Source: Naegleria gruberi
Taxonomy: Eukaryota
DNA: 64,000 nt
NCBI GenBank assembly: GCA_000004985.1
Contig: GG738884.1
Strand: one strand, 5' to 3'
A program made the position numbers and the translations under genes. This document shows, one piece after another, positions 31,102-43,375 of this stretch (within the stretch, counting starts at the first letter, position 1; each line of letters begins with the position of its first letter). The notes under the pieces are model-generated. The model made no database searches and was not told the origin of the DNA. It saw only the letters and a list, made by a program, of their open reading frames with translations.

Positions 31102-34100
31102 TCATTTAGCTGGCTTTCTTGCAGTATTAGGAAGACTCTTCTTATTCTTCTCTTCATTCATTCTGTCAATTTCTTTCTTCTTTTCCTCTTCAAGAGTTTG
31201 TTCCTTCAAAGCAATAATCTGCTTTTGATTTTCAACAAAGCTCTCTTTCATGGATGTGGCTAATGTTTGAAGCTTTTGCTCTGTTATTTCATTAACAAGC
31301 TTTTCAAAGGATTTTGATCTTTCAGCTCTTTTCTCTTTGATTTGGGCAATAAGCTTTTCATTTTCTTCCTTCTCTTTTGCTTCTCTGTCTTTTCTATCAG
31401 AAGGTGATTCTTCTCGTTTTTCAATCTTGAGCTCGGCTCTAGGGGAATGCTCTTTTTGAGAAAGAATACGAGCAAGATTTTGCTTAATGTACTTTTCTCT
31501 TGCTGCTTTTCCCTTATCGGCATGTTGAGCAGTTGTAGTTTCCCACTCTTCTGTCATTTGGTCAATCTTTTGCTTTTTAAGGTTGACTTCCTGGAAAATA
31601 ATATTAGGTGTTGTGGAAAACATGTCCATAGAGTAGAATAAAGTACTTGCTGAGCTATTTTCACATCCTTCCACGTATTGACTTGCGAGTAGGACTGGTT
31701 TGTCTTGTTTGGTTGGTATCTTGGGAGGCTCCTTTTTGGCTTTTTGAGTTGTTGCTGCAGGTTTCTTTGCTGATGCTGGTTTTTTAGCATCCTTTTTGGC
31801 AATCTTAGTATCAACAACTACTGGTCTTTCATCTTCGAGCTTGAGATCAGTGAGTGAAGTGTTATTTGCCCTTTCTTTCAAATATTTTTGAAATTCAATC
31901 CCAGCATTCTCAAGTCTGCTCTCAAGATATCTCAACGATGTATCTTCATCTATTGCACAGACAAGTAAATATCCAATTGCTAATGTTTTAGTACTTGGAA
32001 ACACTACCAAGTTGGAGACTACAATCTCACTTTCATTATCAAATGTTTGGAATTCCAACAAAGATGTTGTACTATCATTTTCAACTTTAAATACAGACAG
32101 CTTAATAGGAATACTCTCACTAAGGAGGAGCCTAAAGCCCAAGTTGGCCTTCTCACCAGAATCAACTCTATACCTAAATAACTCTCGTTCCTGATTTGTG
32201 AAATATCTTCCCTGAAGTGGTAAAGCTTGTAAAGAGAGTGACTTGGCTACATCTAAATCGAAAACATCATTCTCTGATATTGTTTCTAAGGAGTAAGTGG
32301 TTGCTTCTAGATCTCTGTTAGGGCAAGCATAGCAGATTAGAGAATATTGCTGAGGACTTGGGAACAGTTTCACAGGGAAGATTCTACCATTGATTGATTT
32401 CACAACAGCTGTAGTCTCATTGTTAACAAGCATTAGATGAGTGAAGGGAAGAATGGAGATATCATCCACCAGTAATCGAGCACTAAATACTCCTTCCTTA
32501 TCAATTATTAATTGGTGGCTAGAAAGGTTTTGATAAATAAAAATAGTACATTATTCAATACTTACATGCTCCAAACTTTCCACTCGTTATTTTTGTGAGT
32601 CGGAGATGATAAGGCACCAGTTCTTTGTATGGATTGACTGAGTTTTGTTGTATAAATATCTTCTTGTTTACCAAAAGTTAATGGCTTTTCGCTAATAAAT
32701 TCGACATATTGATTCTCAATATTCGTAAATCTTATTTCGAAAATGTCAAAATCATCTTTACATGGAAGAGTTACAGGGAGGATGCTATCAAACCCAGAAA
32801 TTGTAAAGTCATAAATTAGTTTGCTAGGAGTTAGTTTCTTCCAATTACTGGCCTTTTGAATAGACACTTTTGGCTTTACTTCATCCTTGATTCCCATTAC
32901 CCGTACGAATAACCTAGATGTTTCTGTTACATAGAAAACAATTGGGCTAGTGGTGGTCACATGTTTTCCAAGGAAGGCAACTGTTTTAAATTGTGTAATT
33001 TCATGTGCAACATATACGCAGTCAAAGTAGTCTTGCAGTTCTTCCAAGTCAATCCAAAAATCTTTCATTCTTTTTTCAATTCTTCTATCTTGATAACAGA
33101 ATCCAATTTCAATTTCAAAATCTGCTGTCCAAATAGAAGAATTCTTGTAAGAGTATTTTCCACCCCAAGCAACATCATTTGAAATAATTCTTAGTAAAGT
33201 ATGACCTTTGAATACAGAAATATCCTCAATTCTGAATAAATTATCTTTTTTAAGTCCTTGTGATTCTATATCTACATCTTTTTTACATTTTAAAAACATT
33301 AGTTTTCTCTTAGTTTGATCGCAATCCATTGGTGCCCTACAAAGATATTTAACTAAACTGAAGGTAGATTTCCATTCCTTGTGTGATTGAAGGGAAAGTG
33401 TCAGAGGAGAGATTACATCTAGAATACTTTCACATGAAACTGGTTGCATGGAAAAGTCAGAAAATAGGCAAGAGAAGCACCACAGAGGATCTGTAAATGC
33501 CAAATGTTCTTCTCCATTTGAAAGAGCAATAATTCCTTTCAAAATTATTGAAGGCCAGAATTCATCATAGGGAGAAATTGGAAACATTATTTTACCATTT
33601 GCATCATGTGGGAGCTTATCATCTACTATTACAATTCTTTCTTTTCCTTTGTAACGAAGTTTAATGTAGTATCTTCCCCATGGTGAGATATCAGGTAATA
33701 CATCACTACCTGGTCGTTTTGGCCATATTCTTTCCCAAAGATAGGATCCAAAAGGAATCATTTCTTTGCATTCCTCAATTTGGTAAAGAGCTGAAACGAA
33801 TGCCTTGGTCCACCCTCCTTTGTTAGAAATGTCAAGAACTTTGGTGTATTTTTCAAAGTCTTCCACAACAATTTCTTCTTCATCACAATCCAAAGTCAAT
33901 TCTTGTTGAACAGGAACTGGTTCCTTTTCTTCAACTTTTTTAGTTTTTGATTTAGTTTCGGGAACTGAAGATTTTGGCGGTTCTTTTGCTTTTATCCTCT
34001 CGTAGTAAGGATGGGCTGGGAAGAGATCTCTAGATATCCTTGGTTCCCATTTTGATTTGATTGATTTCCATTCCTTGACTTGAGAAGAAAATTCCGAACA

Positions 34101-34418
34101 TTTTTCGTTGAACACTATTTCACTAGAATCCTTTGCAATAACATCTTTAAATGCATCCTCTGTTGTAGACCCTTTTTTCTTACTATTTGATGGAGGTCTC
34201 TTATTTGTTTGAGCAGATACTTCTTCAGGATCTCCCAATAATTGTTTATCCCTCTCCATTAATTGTTTTAAAACTTCCTCATTCCACTCTGGAAATACTT
34301 TTTCCTCATATTCACTACTGGAGTATATCGTATCGGAGAGAAGAGTGATCTCAACTTTGTCATTCTTTTTCCCTCCTTTGGATGGTGCTTTCTTTGAGAG
34401 TGAGGGTGATTTCGACAT
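31102..34418 (-). CDS. Calpain-like (CysPc-like) domain protein, probably a catalytically inactive pseudoprotease, with a C-terminal charged coiled coil. Two exons: join(31102..32518,32566..34418).
   Basis: A 47-nt intron (32519..32565, AT|GTAAGT...TTTCTAG|C) joins the two ORF-track ORFs in frame (...EWKVWSI|HQLIIDKEGVFSARLLVDDISILPF). The block WGRYYIKLRYKGKERIVIVDDKLPHDANGKIMFPISPYDEFWPSIILKGIIALSNGEEHLAFTDP aligns to calpain domain IIa ([48 protein letters not shown]). The catalytic QGxLGDCW motif is replaced by NKGGWTKAF, with no Cys. Total about 1089 aa. Confidence 0.55.
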
Positions 34419-34794
34419 TTTTTTATAATCTTATTTAAAAAAAATCGTAAAGCGTTTATAATTTTAGGCGCCAAAAAAACTTTCTTCATTTGATGCCCCA
34501 TAGATGCTTTGTTTTTATTTTATATTAACAATGTGAATATTGGAATGGAAGAAATGCTTTCTTAGCTGCAAGATGCTTGTGGTTTTACATTATCATAGCG
34601 GTTATGTTGTATGTGGATTCGGCTTGAGTCACAGTTCAAACCTCTGCTGCCCTCGTTGTCTATTCTCTTCTCACCCTTCCTATTTTGATAAACACAAGGC
34701 TAAACGATTACAGAGATTTTACATTACCCGAATACGAACAGATGCATAATGGTACCATTTCAGTTCATGATTGTTTATTCTTTCACATTAAAAA

Positions 34795-36237
34795 ATGTCT
34801 GCAACAATAACATCAGCAGGCAATCATTCCCTTCAGATCACCATTCCCTCCTATCAGGTGAGGAATGATTATATAGTCTATCAACTTGTCCTCTCTCTAT
34901 TCAATTCTACAACTTTAGCCGTAACAAAAGAAATAACATGCAAGAAACGATATTCCGAGCTCAGAGATTTTCATACCGATGTTGTTTGCTCTCTTTTACC
35001 AAAAGATAAACAAGCAATTCTCAAGTTTCCTGCAAAAATTATGTTCGGAAATATGAAGAAGGAAACTATAGAGAAGAGACTAATGCTTCTCGAACAATAC
35101 TTTTCATCATTATTGTCTGTTTTAAATTGGGATGCAGATAAATATTCAGAGTTGAGAAATGCTATCGTAAAATTATTCGAATCTACTGGGACGCCCTATG
35201 TGAGCAAACAAACAAATAGTTTGATGGATAATTCTTTTGAAGAAAAATGTTATAAGGAATTAACTCATCTTCAATTATTGTTAAATGATTCCGAGTGTTA
35301 TTGGCTTCCTTTTTGTTCACCTTTTAAATATGCTAGGTCAACTATGAGTGTAACAACAAACATTTGTAAATTAGAACAACAAGCTGAAAAGGTGATACAG
35401 AAACTTTACAGTGCAATGGATGAAAAAAGCCTTCTTTTAAAAGCTCAGAAATTTGTAACTAATTTTGTGAGCAAAATGCATGAACTGACACTTAGCACTG
35501 CAACTCTCTTCAAGGTTCTACTCAATATGGAAGAAGCACAGGATCAGGAAAATTGCATTAATGACATAATTAATCAAGGAATACAACATTTGGAGGAAGC
35601 AACCAGAATGAAGAATGTGTTGAATAGAGATTATTTTGAACCAATGTGGAAACAAATTACAAAGGGAGATCTCAGCAAGGAAATCGTAATGGATTTTTAT
35701 TTAACTTTGGTATTGCTTGGAGTAAATCCAAAATATAGATCGAGCGATGTTCTACTTGCGGCCATTGATTTAGATGAAGAATTTTCAAAGGAAGCATTAG
35801 AATATAACAATAATTTCATGAATAGACAAGCTGGATTTGAGGATGAATTTAGCTATCTCAGTTTTGCACTTGATACTGATTCACAATCTACCTATGATGA
35901 ACCTGCCAGCAAATATCATCAAGTGGTTTCGAATATTTGGAATCAACTCGATATTAGAGTGGAAACAAGTTCGCTAGACAAGTTAAAAGACAGATTCGAA
36001 ATAGCAACAGAGGAATGTGAGAAAAAGACTTCTTTTTACATTGGATTATCACAAGCTCTCATCAAGGTATCAAAAACCATGTTGGAAATGAGAGGGAAAT
36101 TATCACAGACAGCTCTTCTTAATGTAATTCCTGAAATCAAATCAAGTTTAGAGGAAGTGCAAATAGCTCTTATTAGAATCCAGAAAAAGTGTGATGGATT
36201 TATTGAGCAACAAGATTTACGAAGTAATGGCAAGTAA
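34795..36237 (+). CDS. PX (phox homology) domain protein, sorting-nexin-like
   Basis: The N-terminal approximately 110 aa match the PX consensus: VYQLVLSLF...KRYSELRDFHTDVV..LP...FPAK.......ETIEKRLMLLEQYFSSLLSV (R-[YF]-S-[DE]-F..L...L...P.LP.K....E.R...LE.Y). The remainder is helical or coiled. Confidence 0.6.
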   Translation: MSATITSAGNHSLQITIPSYQVRNDYIVYQLVLSLFNSTTLAVTKEITCKKRYSELRDFHTDVVCSLLPKDKQAILKFPAKIMFGNMKKETIEKRLMLLEQYFSSLLSVLNWDADKYSELRNAIVKLFESTGTPYVSKQTNSLMDNSFEEKCYKELTHLQLLLNDSECYWLPFCSPFKYARSTMSVTTNICKLEQQAEKVIQKLYSAMDEKSLLLKAQKFVTNFVSKMHELTLSTATLFKVLLNMEEAQDQENCINDIINQGIQHLEEATRMKNVLNRDYFEPMWKQITKGDLSKEIVMDFYLTLVLLGVNPKYRSSDVLLAAIDLDEEFSKEALEYNNNFMNRQAGFEDEFSYLSFALDTDSQSTYDEPASKYHQVVSNIWNQLDIRVETSSLDKLKDRFEIATEECEKKTSFYIGLSQALIKVSKTMLEMRGKLSQTALLNVIPEIKSSLEEVQIALIRIQKKCDGFIEQQDLRSNGK

Positions 36238-36264
36238 AAACTCCGATTTTCATTATGATAAAAA

Positions 36265-39200
36265 ATGAAAGGTGGCAATCTCTCAGTATCTAAATTGGAT
36301 AATGACAGATACACTCAGCCACCAACAACACGATCACAACACACCATCTATTCAAGATCATCAACTCTTTTCATCATCATTCTAATAATTATTTTATTAA
36401 TTTCTTCCTTCTCGAGTCTATTCGTTCTCTCTCAATCGAACTATTGTAAAGATAAAACCTATCGATTCATCAGTGTTGTTCCTGATGAAGGTGATGCAAC
36501 CAATTCATTCAGTGGTGATAAATTAAAAACCTCCATCTCTATTGGCATTGATTATTTACGGGCTCAGGGAATTTTACCAACAGGAGTTTCCATTGAAAAT
36601 GTTTTTGTTGTTACAAAGAATGATTTATCGGGTGCTATTGAAAAGATGAGGAATTTAATTATGGTCAATGGAACAAAGGATGAAAGATATGTGGGAATTA
36701 TTGGAGCGTAAGTTTTTAAAGATGATTAATATTGATGATTATTAATGATGAATTTGTAATCGGAATTAAATGATTATATTCATTGATAATGATAACATCA
36801 TGTGGAGAATAGTTACTACAGCTATGAATCTTTGACGATTGCTTATGAAATTGCCTACGAATATCAAATTCCAATGATTTCGTATGGTTCTTCTACGTCT
36901 GTACTTTCGTATAACAGATGGTTTTATAGAGTGTAAGTTTTAGGAAGAATCAGAGATTATAATTGATTAATAGTATTCCATCTTCGTTAGCCATGACATC
37001 TGCAATGGTGGAATTTTTATATTCTTTGGAGTGGTCAACTATTTCAGTTTTGGCATCAAATGAGGTTTATGGAGTTGATTGTGCAAGGAATATTCAAGCA
37101 ACAGCTAAAGAAATTGGTATGACCATTGATAATGTATATTATTTCAAGGTTGGTGATCACCAAGAATTAGCAGATCGAGTTACAAAAATCAAAGAATCTG
37201 GAACCAAGGTGATTGTGACAATTATGACTTCAGATACTGATGCCACTTTTCTATTGGGAAAAATTAAGGAAATGCAACTCAACACTGAGGGATATATTTG
37301 GATGTTTGATGAAACTTTTGCCTATCAGCCTGGTATTTCTGCAAAGAATGTTTCACTCACATCTGATTCACAGGGAATGTTCTTTGTGGAATTGAATTCT
37401 GGGTTGTGGTCTAGTGATTTGTACTTTGTTGGAAAGTTTATGCAACAATATAATTATTCGAGTGTGGAAGAGACCTATTCACAAATTCAAGCTTTTGATG
37501 TAAGTATTATTAATGAAAATATAGAGTGATGTTAACGAATTACAGAGATTTGCATTCGACTCTGCTTTGAGTTTTGGTTATACTATTCGTGATATGTGTC
37601 AAAGTGGATTGGATCCAACTCATGGTGTTGCGATGGTTTCCTCTATTGATCAAGTATCATTTATTGGAGCTAGTGGAAAAGTTTCGTTTGACTCTTATGG
37701 AGATCGTTTGGGAGTTTATTATTCTGTAAATAATGTGGATGGAAACGAGGCCACCATTGTTGCTAAATGGAGCCAACGTGAATCTATAGTTTGGGACGAA
37801 TTTTTCTATGTAAATAGAACTCTCAGAGTGCCTTGGGGTAAAATCACAAATGTTCAAATCTTTTTGAATTCACCCCTTACAGGAAACAGATGGTTTTCAA
37901 TTCCATCAGTCAATCAGGTACCACCAGAACGTCACAGTCATACCATGTCTCTAGGAATTACAACAAATAGACTATATTTATTTGGAGGTAATTCTCAATC
38001 TAAACTTAATTTTGACATGTATTCTGATTTGTGGAAGTATGATTTTATCAGTGGACAATGGTCTAAAATGGAGGCTCTCGATGGATACTCTCCAAAGGGT
38101 AGAGAGGGCCACATAATGTGGACTGTTCAAGCTGGTGTCTATAGCACGGATGAAAGAATCATTATATTTGGAGGAAAGTCAGGTTCTTACACAGATGACA
38201 TGCTCGAATATTCTACTCTCAGATCTCAGTGGAGAACAATTTCTCCAAATTCATACAAGCCATTTGCGAGATACTCAGCCAAGATTGCTCAGTACAAAAA
38301 CAAAGTCTACATGTTTGGAGGTTTGACCTATAATGGTGTAAGAGATGATATGTGGATATGGAATAATGAGAATTATCAATGGAGTAAGGTTAACCAGACA
38401 TCCTCGGCTGTTTGGCCTTATGGTAGATATTCTCACTGTATGTCTGTTTATACATACAATGGAAATCCGTATATTTTACTTTTTGGAGGAAAAGGTCCAG
38501 CTGGTGAACCTTTATCTGACATGTGGCGTTTTGACATGACTCAAGAAACTTGGGCTCAAATAAGTCAAACAGGAGATGTTCAAGGAGCTGTGTTTGATTC
38601 TACATGTGTAGCCACTGATAAGTATTTATATGTATTACATGGAAAGACTGTAAAAGGAAGTCAACAAATTATGTTCAAGAAGGTAATGAGAGCTGACTTG
38701 CCGTTCACACAAACATCAGTCAAATGGAAAGTGACAGAGTCCAATCTCAGCGATCCTAGGTCAAATGTTGCTTCTGTTTTCTTTTCCAATTATATTATTT
38801 GGTTTGGTGGTCTAGGTCTAGATTATGACTTTAATGATTTTTATTCATTGAATGTCATTAATCAAAAGATTGTTAAAGTGAATAAGAACTTTTTTGCTCC
38901 TAGCCCTGTAGTAGCTCACACCATGTCTACCTTAGGTGCATCCCTTTACTTATTTGGAGGATATATTGGTGATGACATTCCTTCCAATCTACTCTACAAA
39001 TATTCTATTGCATCCGAAACGTGGTCTATTGTCGATACTCAAACTAAACCATCACAAAGATCATATCACACCCAAGTGACACTTGGTGATCGTATTTGGG
39101 TGTTCGGTGGTATTGAGTCTTCATCAAAAGTTTATTCTGATATTTGGACCTTTTCTGCCAGTGCTGATTCATGGACTCTTGTTGAGCCTAGAACATCTGC

Positions 39201-41848
39201 AGTACCTATAGCAAGATATAAGCATGCAATGACAAGAAATGAAACCCATTTGTTTGTAATTGGTGGTAGAACTCAAACAACTCAATTGACAGATATTTGG
39301 GCTTTTGATACAGAAACGAAAACTTGGTCGAAATTCAAGCAAATTATTACCTACGCCTATACAATAGATTGCTCTGCAAAATGGTTCTCTGCAGAAGAAA
39401 CAGGATCATACCCTGCTATTTTACTATTTGGTTGTCATGATTTTTCAGGTACGCCAACAGCTAATTATTACAAGGTTGAGATAACTGACGTTAACAATGA
39501 CCAGTTCAGGCTATCATACAGTACATTGTTTAGAGAAATAGAACCTAGGTCAGGGTTGGTAGCTGTCAAGTTATCAGGATTCAAATCAATGATATTTGGA
39601 GGTAGAATGGATCAAGAATTGTTTAATACCTTATTGCTTGTTGAGGGATCTACTGGAAACACAAGTGTGATTCTTCCTCCATTGACTGAGCATGAACTAC
39701 CTTCTGCTAGAGCCTACCTTTCCTATTCATTTATTGGAAATTCAATTTACATATTTGGTGGTGTTGGTGCACCAGAAGGAACTGAATTCATTTTACCATC
39801 TCTTAGAAATGGTGACATGTGGAAATATAATATTGGCAATGTTTGTAAAGGCAAAGATTCTACCAATTGTTACAAATGTGGACCAGGAACTTATGAAACC
39901 TATGGAATGTGCGAATTTTGTCAGCCAGGGTCATATAATGAGCAGTATGGAGCCATTGATTCATGTACAGCATGTCCAAAAGGATTTTACAGTGATGTAT
40001 ATGGAGCAAATCATGCTCAGTTTTGCCTTCCTTGTGAGTATGGTACCTATTCTGATAAGCCAGGAAGTACCTATTGCTTACCTTGTCCAGATGGAGCTGT
40101 TTGTCAACTTGGTGCTATCCAACCAGTCTATAACTATACAAAGATTGCTTACAGAAAATCAAATCAACCAGATGCCTACTTTTCCAAAGAAGTGGAGAAC
40201 AGTAATGCTATCAAAATTGAAGCTGGTATTATTGCATCAATTGCTGGCTCTCTTATTCTGATAGTGTTTTTCTGTTGGAAAGTTTTTAATATTCCAAAAG
40301 AAAACTGGATCAAGAGAATGGACTTTTTCTTTACTGAGAGACACAATAGATTAATGGGTACAATGATCAAAAGAAGATCAATTGTTGGAGCTTGTTACAG
40401 TTTTATTGTTTTGGTAGCGTTCTTGGCCTACATTATTGCACTTGTTGTCCCTTACTAGTAAGTACAATTATTTCGAATATTTTATTAGAAAATTTTATTT
40501 TAGCAATTACGGAAATTATGTGGAAAACAGAAGCTTGGTTCCAAACCTTGCTTTGGATGACGAATTCAAATCAGATGCAGTGATTAGCCTAAAAATTCTA
40601 GGTTTTAACGGTCGGTGCACTGAGGGAAATCAAACAATTATTGACAAGCCAATGAAATGTCAAGAGAAGCTGTCCATATTCCTGGAATCAATTGATTATG
40701 ACAATTCCACGAAAGGTAGTAATTTCGAATATGATTGTCAAATTGACGATGATGGAGCTGGTTCGAGAAGTTGTATTGTTTCTATGAGATTTACTAATTG
40801 TGCATTTGCCAAAGATAGAAAAACAGCAACTATTGGTATTAAGGTTGGTGGTAGTAATGCATTTGCCAATGGATATGAGTATCAAGTAGATTTTGCTTCT
40901 GCCTACATTGATGTTTATATGCCTGAAAAATTACCACAGAGATCAGTAATTAATGGCACAATTTACTCTGATGATAACACCTTCTTTAGAGGAACCAAAA
41001 CTCCAACCCAGGTCAATTTCCAATTAATTCAAAACAGATACACAATTCCATCTAAAAATATTAAGCAAACAGGCTATGTCATTGATTTCCAAGATCAGTC
41101 ACAGGGAGACGTTGTTGAATCTCTATCATTTAGTCACGAAAATGGCCTTTATTTTGTGTTGAGTTTTGAAAAGCTATCCACAACACTTGAATTAGTTCTC
41201 TCTGAGAAGAAGGTTATCTTTGTCTTTTTAACTGACATGCTTGCTTCACTTTCAGGTATTTTCTCATTGACAGCATTGACCATGTCAATAACTGAATTTT
41301 TCATTTTCCACTATAAGAGAATTAGAGCTAATTTGATTGCCTATAGAAAGAAACATGCCAGTATGGATACCAACTATTTATTGGACGAAGTAGTACTTCA
41401 GGGAACTGAATATCAAGCAATGAAGAAAAATCTCAATAGACAAGACGAAGCATTCTACGATGACATTACAATAGCCAAAATTTATCACAAGAAGGGAATG
41501 AGAAGAAATGTTGTGTACATTCCTTCCAATGCTCTAGAGGATGAAGAACTCATCGATGCTAACCAACATGAACTAGTCACTGAAAAACCACCCTCAACAG
41601 AAACCTACATGGAAATGCACGAGAATGCAGACGAATATGCACCACCAGTTTTAGCCAACAACCGATCTGTCTCAATTTTCTCCAAACGAAAGAAGAAGAA
41701 TTCAAAGTCTGAACTTGCAGAACCATTCATTACCGAAGAGGAAATGGATTTGGATGATCTTGTCAATGAGCAAGACAATAATTTCTCACTCAATGACATC
41801 AAAGGACCACTCACATCTTCAACCACAGCAGTACCTTACTACAAATAA
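36265..41848 (+). CDS. Large multi-pass receptor-like protein: signal anchor, ANF-receptor/PBP1 (Venus-flytrap) domain, about 11 Kelch blades, ephrin-receptor-like Cys-rich modules, at least 3 TM helices and a cytoplasmic tail. Five exons: join(36265..36707,36822..36932,36974..37499,37546..40457,40504..41848).
   Basis: Splicing: GC|GTAAGT (114-nt intron); exon 2 ...IPMISYGSSTSVLSYNRWFYRV ends GT|GTAAGT (41-nt intron); exon 3 ends GAT|GTAAGT (46 nt); exon 4 ends TA|GTAAGT (46 nt). All phases are consistent, and ORF-track ORFs 36265/36963/37567/40436 fall in one frame. The PBP1 signature ISYGSTS..LS...F.R..PSD-like is present (ISYGSSTSVLSYNRWFYRVIPSSLAMTSAMVEFLYSLEWSTISVL). The repeated LFGG/IFGG motifs count 11 (LYLFGG, IIIFGGK, VYMFGG, ILLFGGKG, IWFGGLG, LYLFGGY, IWVFGGI, LFVIGGR, ILLFGCHD, MIFGGRMD, IYIFGGVG). 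Cys modules: CYKCGPGTYETYGMCEFCQPGSYNEQYGAIDSCTACPKGFYSDVYG...CLPCEYGTYSDKPGSTYCLPCPDGAVC. TM segments: IASIAGSLILIVFFCW, IVGACYSFIVLVAFLAYIIALVV, IFSLTALTMSITEFFIF. Total 1778 aa. Confidence 0.7.
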
Positions 41849-41960
41849 AAGACTTCAATTAGTATACTGCATCGTGCAGGTTCAATCTCAATATACTAAT
41901 TGAGAATCAACTGCACTTTACAATGAGTATTTAAATTATTAATTTAGAAATTTAAAAAAA

Positions 41961-43228
41961 ATGTCATCGTCAACCTCTGCTGTTGATGCCAAGCAAAATT
42001 CAAAGGCATCCGAAGAAGAACGACATGATCAAGTTTCCCTCGGAGAGTATTTTGTTGTGTTTACCTTTATGGCTTTCTCTCTATTGATACATTTGTACTT
42101 ACCATTCCCAAGTACCTATGTTTTCAAAGCCTACTTTATTTATTTTGTTTTCCAATATGCACTGGCTAGATTCTTACCTGGTACTATAGTAAAGGGTCTG
42201 CCTTTGGAGGATGGTACTGTGTTGGAGTATAATTGTAATGGACTGCAAGCTTACTTGATTACGTTATCTTTGTTTTTGGCTGGTGGACATGTTGGTTGGT
42301 GGAAGTACTCAATTGTCTATGATCACTTGTTGGAATTTGTGGCTGTTACTAGTATTTTCCATTGGTGTTATTGGTCAATTGTTTTTATCAAAGGAAGAAT
42401 GTTAAAGAAGAGAGAATATAATGATGGATTAATTAGAGAAGTTTGGTTGGGTGCTGAAAGAAATCCAAGAATTCTTGGAGTTGATTGTAAATTATTCTTT
42501 GATGGAAGACCAAGTTTACTCACATGGGTTGTTGTTGCATTCTCATATGCATCAGTTCAATATGAAAAGTATGGTGCCTTCAGTACTCCAATGCTTATTT
42601 ATTTAATCTTTTCATTCTTGTACATGTTGGATTTCTTTGTAACTGAGAATCAATTCATTACTGGATTCGAAATTTATCAAGAAAGATTTGGATTTATGTT
42701 ATCTTGGGGTAACTTTGTTTGGTAAGTAGTGACTATCTCAATACTCAATTGACCAAATTATTTAGGATGCCATTTGTCTGTACTGCTCAAGCTTATTATC
42801 TTATTGAGTGGAGTGAACTTCCAACATGGGGAAGCATTGCTGTTTGTCTTTTGTGGTTATTTGGTTATGTTGTTGCTAGACTTTCAAATGCTCAAAAGGA
42901 TAAATTCAAGAGAGAACCAAATGCTCCATTCTTGGGTATCAAGTCAAGGTATATTGAAACTCCTGAAGGAAAGAAGGTTCTTACAAGTGGATTCTGGGCA
43001 TTGTCTCGTCATCCAAATTATTTTGGTGAATTGGCAAACTCACTTTCATTCGGATTGATGTGTGGATTTGATAAGGGCATTTTCCCTTACGCTTACAGCA
43101 TTTTCATTTGGACCTTGTTGTTTACAAGATACGAAAGAGACCACAGAAAGATGGCTGTCAAGTATGGTGCCTCATTTGACAAGTACTGTAAAGAAGTCAA
43201 GTACAAGATCATTCCATATTTATACTAA
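41961..43228 (+). CDS. Sterol reductase of the ERG4/ERG24/7-DHCR/LBR family (delta14-, delta7- or delta24(28)-sterol reductase). Two exons: join(41961..42721,42766..43228).
   Basis: A 44-nt intron (42722..42765, TG|GTAAGT...TTTAG|G) joins the ORFs in frame (...SWGNFVW|MPFVCTAQAYY...). Multiple TM helices. Family signature GFWALSRHPNYFGEL plus the C-terminal ...YKIIPYLY are typical of sterol reductases. Total 407 aa. Confidence 0.8.
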
Positions 43229-43375
43229 ATTCAATCAACTTGGGTTAAATTGATTCGTAAAATATTTTTGTTGAAATTTATTGCACCATATCTCCTCACA
43301 AATGGACAAATGGTGACTTGGCTCTACTGGGATACTTCCAATTTTGTTTAAACTTTTCACCAAAGCAAATTACGT

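Noticed and set aside
36237-36320. Possible intron fusing the PX-domain gene to the downstream receptor gene, since the stop-to-ATG gap is only 27 bp
   Set aside because: The only candidate GTAAAA...CAG splice yields an immediate in-frame stop (AAT ATC TAA). In addition, the receptor has its own signal-anchor N-terminus.
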